A stretch of 63,968 bases of DNA, counting the filler. It is 6 parts of 6 records of this genome, joined end to end, with 100 filler letters (N's around TTAATTAATTAA, not from the genome) between each part and the next. Parts side by side here need not be neighbours in the genome. Positions count along the whole stretch, not along the records: positions 58,697 to 63,968 come from DRR723986_10447; 5 more parts are not named here. The stretch is one strand, 5' to 3'. Both the position numbers and the translations under genes were made by a program. This document shows positions 59,030 through 63,968 of the stretch, in pieces. The notes under the pieces are model-generated. The model had not been told where the DNA came from, ran no database searches, and saw only the letters and a list, made by a program, of their open reading frames with translations. The first letter of the stretch is position 1, and every line of letters begins with the position of its first letter.

Positions 59030-60229
59030 ATGTCGCACAGATCCCCCCTCTTCGCGGGGCTTTTGGTGCTGTCTGCCTGCGTGCCTGGGGGCGAATCACC
59101 AAACGACGCAGCCTGTATCTCGACCAATAGCACCCCAATCGTGCAGCGTGATGTCTTTCAGCCCGGCGCAATTACGGTGGCTGCCGTGGGCGATGTTCTG
59201 ATGCACGTTCTTCTACAAGAAGATGCCGCGTCACAGCCCGATGGATACGGCACTTTGCTGCGCCACGCCGCGCCCTATCTGCGGCTGGCCGATATCACTG
59301 TCGCCAATCTGGAAGGCCCCGCCGCGCGCGACCTGCTGGTCAGCGGGGCCGAGCGCGCAGTTCCCGAAGGCGTGATCCATGACGGGCAGGTCTATTCCGG
59401 CTATCCCACCTTCAACTACCACCCCTCGCTGGTCCCGGCGCTGCGCGATGCGGGCATCGACGTGCTGCAAACCGCGAACAATCACGCGATGGACCGGGGG
59501 TCTTTGGGGGTGGATCGGACCCTGCAAGCGATTGCGGCGGCAGGCTTGCCCCATACCGGCACGCGACCCCGCAGCGCACCTGATGCGCCCTGGCATACGG
59601 TGGTGACGGCGGGCGGTCAGCGTATCGCTTTCCTTGCCTGTTCCTACTCGACCAATGGCCGCGCCGATCCGCAGGGCCAGATGCTGCTGTGCTATGGAGA
59701 TGAAGCCGAGGTGCTGGCCACCGTCCGCAGCCTGCGCGCCGACCCCGCGATTGATGCGGTGATCTTCCTGCCGCATTGGGGCAACGAATATGTCCAGACC
59801 CCCGATGCCATCCAGCGCAGGCTGGCGCGCGCTGCGCTGAACGCGGGCGCTGCCGCCGTCATCGGCACCCATCCGCATGTGCTGCAACCGATCGAAGCCG
59901 TTCGCACCACCGACGGGCGCGATGCCTTCATCGCCTATTCGCTTGGCAACTTCATCTCGTCGCAATGGGCGTTGGCGCAGCGGACATCCGCGATCCTCTA
60001 TTTCGACCTGCTGCCCGGCCCGAACGGGCTGGAGGCGCAGATGCCGGCCTATCTGCCGACCCGCGTGACGCGCTATGTTTCGGGCGTTGTGGTTCAGCCT
60101 GCCGAACAGGCCGTCGACGGCCAGCAAAGCGTCACCCATGTGGCGCAGGTCCTGGGGCGCGAGGGCGTTTTGAGCCTTGCCGATATCGCCCGCCTTCAAG
60201 GCCGCCCGATCTGCACACGCGGCGGCTGA
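59030..60229 (+). CDS. CapA family metallophosphatase-fold lipoprotein
   Basis: Lipobox LSAC; VGDVLMH, ANLE, ANNHAMD, HWGNEY, GTHPHVLQ and YSLGNF motifs; alternative start 59000. Confidence 0.85.
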   Translation: MSHRSPLFAGLLVLSACVPGGESPNDAACISTNSTPIVQRDVFQPGAITVAAVGDVLMHVLLQEDAASQPDGYGTLLRHAAPYLRLADITVANLEGPAARDLLVSGAERAVPEGVIHDGQVYSGYPTFNYHPSLVPALRDAGIDVLQTANNHAMDRGSLGVDRTLQAIAAAGLPHTGTRPRSAPDAPWHTVVTAGGQRIAFLACSYSTNGRADPQGQMLLCYGDEAEVLATVRSLRADPAIDAVIFLPHWGNEYVQTPDAIQRRLARAALNAGAAAVIGTHPHVLQPIEAVRTTDGRDAFIAYSLGNFISSQWALAQRTSAILYFDLLPGPNGLEAQMPAYLPTRVTRYVSGVVVQPAEQAVDGQQSVTHVAQVLGREGVLSLADIARLQGRPICTRGG

Positions 60230-60302
60230 CGCGACGCAGGTGCTTGCGCAGCTTCGCGGCCCATGCGACCCTGACCATCTGATCAAAAACGGACCCGACG
60301 GG

Positions 60303-61301
60303 ATGACCCAGACAACCCTAGAGACCACAACCACTTCGGCGGGGCTGCCGCAGGTCAGCGACCCGCGCAATCCCGGCATGGCGCTGGATATGGATTGGGT
60401 GATGGGGGCGCAGGCCAACACCTCGGCCATCGAACGCCGCTGCGCCACCCTGCCCGGCCGCCGGACGGTGAAGAAAGAGTTTCAGGCCGCGTGGCTGGCC
60501 CGTGCGATCAGCTGCATCGACCTGACGACGCTGGCGGGTGACGACACGCCGGGGCGCGTGAAACGGCTCTGCGCCAAGGCGATGCAGCCGGTGCGGGCGG
60601 ATCTGTTGGAGGCCATCGGCCTGCCGAACCTCACCACTGGCGCGGTCTGCGTGTATCACGAGATGGTGCCCTACGCGGTTGAGGCGCTGGCGGGCTCTGG
60701 CATTCCGGTCGCGGCTGTGTCCACCGGCTTTCCGGCGGGGCTCTCGCCTTATCATCTGCGCGTGAAAGAGATCGAGGAAAGCGTTGCCGCCGGGGCCAAG
60801 GAAATCGACATCGTCATTTCGCGGCGCCACGTGCTGACCGGCAATTGGCAAGCGCTCTACGACGAGATGAAGGATTTCCGCGAAGCCTGCGGCGAGGCGC
60901 ATGTGAAGGCGATCCTGGCGACGGGCGAGTTGGGCACGCTGCGCAATGTCGCCCGCGCCTCGCTGGTGTGCATGATGGCCGGGGCAGATTTCATCAAGAC
61001 CTCGACCGGCAAGGAAAGCGTCAATGCCACGCTGCCGGTGTCGCTGGTGATGATCCGGGCGATCCGAGCCTATCAGCAGGTGACCGGCGTGCGTGTTGGC
61101 TACAAGCCCGCGGGCGGGATTTCAAAGGCGAAGGACTCGCTGGTGTATCTGTCGCTGATGAAAGAGGAACTGGGCGACAGATGGCTGCGCCCCGACCTCT
61201 TCCGCTTCGGGGCCTCGTCCCTTCTGGGCGATATCGAGCGGCAACTGGAACATCACGTGACCGGGGCCTATTCCGCCAACTGGCGGCACGCGATGGCGTA
61301 A
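60303..61301 (+). CDS. deoC: Deoxyribose-phosphate aldolase (long type)
   Basis: IDLTTL, GADFIKTSTGK, KPAGGI and RFGASSLL motifs. Confidence 0.93.
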   Translation: MTQTTLETTTTSAGLPQVSDPRNPGMALDMDWVMGAQANTSAIERRCATLPGRRTVKKEFQAAWLARAISCIDLTTLAGDDTPGRVKRLCAKAMQPVRADLLEAIGLPNLTTGAVCVYHEMVPYAVEALAGSGIPVAAVSTGFPAGLSPYHLRVKEIEESVAAGAKEIDIVISRRHVLTGNWQALYDEMKDFREACGEAHVKAILATGELGTLRNVARASLVCMMAGADFIKTSTGKESVNATLPVSLVMIRAIRAYQQVTGVRVGYKPAGGISKAKDSLVYLSLMKEELGDRWLRPDLFRFGASSLLGDIERQLEHHVTGAYSANWRHAMA

Positions 61302-61317
61302 CTATCGGGGAGAGTGC

Positions 61318-61566
61318 ATGAAGCGGTACTTGATTGTAATAGCGGCTATCTACGGGGTAGCGGTCGCGATCCCGTTGCTGCAAGCACCTGCGACGGCTAC
61401 CCCCTATGGATTGGCTCTTGTGGTTGCAGATTATGTCGGCACAGCCACGGCCATAGTAGCCCTTGGAATGATCGGGCTGCTCTATCGGCGCGACCCTTAT
61501 AATGGGTTTCTAGTAGGCGTAACACTTGCCGGAATTGGCGTACTTCTAGGTGGAATACAGCGATGA
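61318..61566 (+). CDS. Small three-TM hypothetical protein
   Basis: RBS GGAG; ATGA overlap with the next gene; A/T-ending codons unlike its neighbours. Confidence 0.65.
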   Translation: MKRYLIVIAAIYGVAVAIPLLQAPATATPYGLALVVADYVGTATAIVALGMIGLLYRRDPYNGFLVGVTLAGIGVLLGGIQR

Positions 61567-63914
61567 CTGTGAAAGAAATCTTCGAGACCATGGAGTACGG
61601 CCCTGCGATGGAAGACGCCTCCGAAGCCCGCGCGTGGATCGCCAGGCATGAAGGCCGGTTCGGCCAGTTCATCAACGGGGCGTTCACGGCACCGGGCGAA
61701 ACCTTCGCCACGAAGAACCCCGCCACGGGCGAGGAACTGGCGCAGGTCACGCAAGGCAGTGCGGCGGATGTGGAGGCAGCGGTGGACGCCGCCTCCAAGG
61801 CCTTCCCCCGTTGGTCCAAGCAGTCCGGCCACAAACGCGCCCGGCATCTCTATGCACTGGCGCGGCTCTTGCAGAAGCACAGCCGCCTGTTCGCGGTGCT
61901 GGAAACAATGGATAACGGCAAGCCGATCCGCGAGAGCCGCGATATCGACGTGCCCCTCGCGCAGCGGCATTTCTATTATCACGCCGGTCTGGCGCAGCTG
62001 CGGGATGCCGAATTGCCGGGACACCAGCCGCTCGGCGTCTGCGGGCAGGTGATCCCGTGGAACTTCCCGCTTTTGATGCTGTCATGGAAGATCGCGCCTG
62101 CGCTGGCGGCGGGCAATACGGTGGTGTTGAAACCTGCGGAATACACGTCGCTCACCGCGCTGCTCTTTGCCGATATCTGCCGCGAGGCCGGGTTGCCCAA
62201 GGGCGTGGTCAACATCGTGACCGGCGACGGCGCGACGGGGGCTGCATTGGTCGACCATCCGGGCGTCGCGAAAGTGGCCTTTACCGGCTCGACCGAGGTC
62301 GGGCGCAAAATCCGGCAGGCAACGGCAGGCAGCGGCAAGGCCCTGACGCTCGAACTGGGGGGCAAGTCGCCCTACATCGTCTTCGACGACGCCGATCTCG
62401 ACAGCGCCATCGAGGGGCTGGTCGATGCGATCTGGTTCAATCAGGGGCAGGTCTGCTGTGCGGGTTCCCGCCTGTTGGTGCAGGAAAATATCGCCGAGGA
62501 TTTCCACGCAAGGCTGAAGGCCCGCATGGCCAATCTGCGCGCGGGCGATCCGCTGGACAAATGCATTGATATCGGCGCGGTGGTGGACCCGGTTCAACAC
62601 GCGCAGATCAGCCGCATGGTCAGTGAGAACACCGCCGGAGAGACCTATCACGCGCCGATCGAGATGCCGTCCGGGGGCTGCTTCTACCCGCCCACGCTGA
62701 TCACCGGGCTGGAACCGGCCGACCGGCTGATGCAGGAGGAAATCTTTGGCCCCGTCCTTGTGTCCTCCACCTTCCGCACGCCGGAGGAGGCGGTGGCGAT
62801 GGCGAACAACACCCGCTACGGGCTGGCCGCGACGGTCTGGACCGAGAATGTGAACCTGGCGCTGGACGTGGCGCCGAAACTGGCGGCGGGGGTGGTTTGG
62901 GTCAATGCCACCAACCTCTTTGACGCTGCTGCCGGATTTGGCGGGGTGCGCGAAAGCGGCTTTGGCCGTGAAGGCGGGTGGGAGGGGCTTCTGGCCTATC
63001 TCAAGCCTGCGGATGCGGGCAAGCCGGTGAAACCTGCGAAGGTTCATGACGCAGGTGAGACGGATTTCGACGGGATCGACCGAACTGCGAAATTTTATGT
63101 CGGCGGCAAGCAGGCCCGGCCCGATGGGGGCTATTCGCGGCCCGTTCATGGGCCTCGGGGCGCGCTGATCGGCCATGTGGGGATCGCCAACCGCAAGGAT
63201 GTGAGAAACGCCGTGGAGGCCGCGCAGAAAGCCGCCGGATGGGGTAAGACCACCGGGCATCTCAGGGCGCAGATCCTCTACTATCTGGCTGAAAACCTCG
63301 GCGCGCGGGGGGCGGAATTTGCCGACCGTATCCGGGCACAGACCGGGCGCAGCGCGGCCTCGGCCCGTGAGGAAGTGGAGATCGCCCTTTCCCGGCTCTT
63401 CTCCTACGCAGCCTGGGCCGACAAGTTCGACGGCGCGGCGAAATCCGTTCCGATCCGGGGCGTGGCGCTGGCGATGAACGAACCCGTGGGCGTGATCGGG
63501 GCTTTCTGCCCGGAAGACGCGCCTTTGCTGGGACCGGTCTCGCTGCTGGCGCCCGCGATGGCCATGGGGAACCGGATCGTGCTGGTCGCGGGCGAAAGCG
63601 CGCCCTTGAGTGCGACGGACCTTTACCAGGTGCTCGACACGTCGGACGTGCCGGGGGGCGTGGTCAACATCCTGACCGGGGCGCATTCCGAGCTGGCCAA
63701 GCCGCTCGCCACCCATATGGATGTGGAGGCGGTGTGGAGCTTCTCTTCCGCCGAAATCTCTGGCGTGATCGAGGCAGGCAGTGCCGGGTCGCTGAAGCGG
63801 ACCTGGGTCAATAACGGGCGCAACCCGGATTGGTTTGGAGCAACTGGCGAGGGCAAGGCGTTTCTGCGTGCGGCAACCGAGGTGAAGACGATCTGGGTGC
63901 CTTACGGGGAATGA
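61563..63914 (+). CDS. Two-domain aldehyde dehydrogenase (ALDH16-like)
   Basis: PWNFP, FTGST, LELGGKSP, GQVCCAGSR and EEIFGP motifs, then a second partial ALDH domain; 783 aa. Confidence 0.92.
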   Translation: MTVKEIFETMEYGPAMEDASEARAWIARHEGRFGQFINGAFTAPGETFATKNPATGEELAQVTQGSAADVEAAVDAASKAFPRWSKQSGHKRARHLYALARLLQKHSRLFAVLETMDNGKPIRESRDIDVPLAQRHFYYHAGLAQLRDAELPGHQPLGVCGQVIPWNFPLLMLSWKIAPALAAGNTVVLKPAEYTSLTALLFADICREAGLPKGVVNIVTGDGATGAALVDHPGVAKVAFTGSTEVGRKIRQATAGSGKALTLELGGKSPYIVFDDADLDSAIEGLVDAIWFNQGQVCCAGSRLLVQENIAEDFHARLKARMANLRAGDPLDKCIDIGAVVDPVQHAQISRMVSENTAGETYHAPIEMPSGGCFYPPTLITGLEPADRLMQEEIFGPVLVSSTFRTPEEAVAMANNTRYGLAATVWTENVNLALDVAPKLAAGVVWVNATNLFDAAAGFGGVRESGFGREGGWEGLLAYLKPADAGKPVKPAKVHDAGETDFDGIDRTAKFYVGGKQARPDGGYSRPVHGPRGALIGHVGIANRKDVRNAVEAAQKAAGWGKTTGHLRAQILYYLAENLGARGAEFADRIRAQTGRSAASAREEVEIALSRLFSYAAWADKFDGAAKSVPIRGVALAMNEPVGVIGAFCPEDAPLLGPVSLLAPAMAMGNRIVLVAGESAPLSATDLYQVLDTSDVPGGVVNILTGAHSELAKPLATHMDVEAVWSFSSAEISGVIEAGSAGSLKRTWVNNGRNPDWFGATGEGKAFLRAATEVKTIWVPYGE

Positions 63915-63944
63915 GGGTGTTTCGCCGCCTGACGGCGCCGACCC

Positions 63945-63968
63945 GCGGGGGGATCCTCCCCCCGCACC
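63945..63968. repeat. GC-rich extragenic palindrome at the window end
   Basis: GCGGGGGGATCCTCCCCCGC-type hairpin downstream of the ALDH gene. Confidence 0.4.

Noticed and set aside
62082-63716. Long antisense ORFs (544 aa here; also 59231-60448, 18332-19270, 57284-58309)
   Set aside because: Shadow ORFs opposite well-supported genes in high-GC DNA, with no recognisable motifs.
1-63968. CRISPR array, rRNA or integron
   Set aside because: No regularly spaced repeat-spacer units, rRNA-like sequence, cas genes or integrase were seen.

Overview
The window is six unrelated contigs joined by artificial 100-nt linkers (N-runs around TTAATTAATTAA), so gene neighbourhoods must not be read across the joins. 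(1) 1-9759, gammaproteobacterial (Marinobacter-like by gene content): nnrS, sirB2, a voltage-gated cation channel, an EVE protein, three NarK-family transporters, a USP, an ankyrin protein and a second nnrS fragment, with FNR/Dnr-, NarL- and NsrR-like sites. (2) 9860-19858, Rhodobacteraceae-like: AraC regulator, Tat-exported cysteine hydrolase, YHS protein, AhpD/CMD protein, pseudogene and IS debris, an amidohydrolase and matB. (3) 19959-35905, an alphaproteobacterial accessory island and the most interesting contig, apparently bounded by IS ends. It carries a ParB-DNA methyltransferase/DUF5681/terminase module behind an RBS-occluding hairpin; a restriction-modification-type C protein and C-box upstream of a SRAP gene rather than a nuclease; a LexA-box small gene; and a signal-peptide Rhs toxin with an Imm8-like immunity gene, preceded by a small secreted single-YD/Ig-like protein and converging on a T2SS-like cluster whose gspE looks interrupted. 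(4) 36006-46147, gammaproteobacterial housekeeping block carB-greA-yhbY-rlmE-ftsH-folP-glmM-tpiA-secG-tRNA-Leu. (5) 46248-58596, roseobacter-like core metabolism (fabB, fabI, pcaD/C/B and others). (6) 58697-63968, Rhodobacteraceae-like: soeA start, then capA-like lipoprotein, deoC, a small inserted gene and a two-domain aldehyde dehydrogenase behind a LacI-type palindrome. All family and taxon assignments come from motif recognition by eye; no searches were run.
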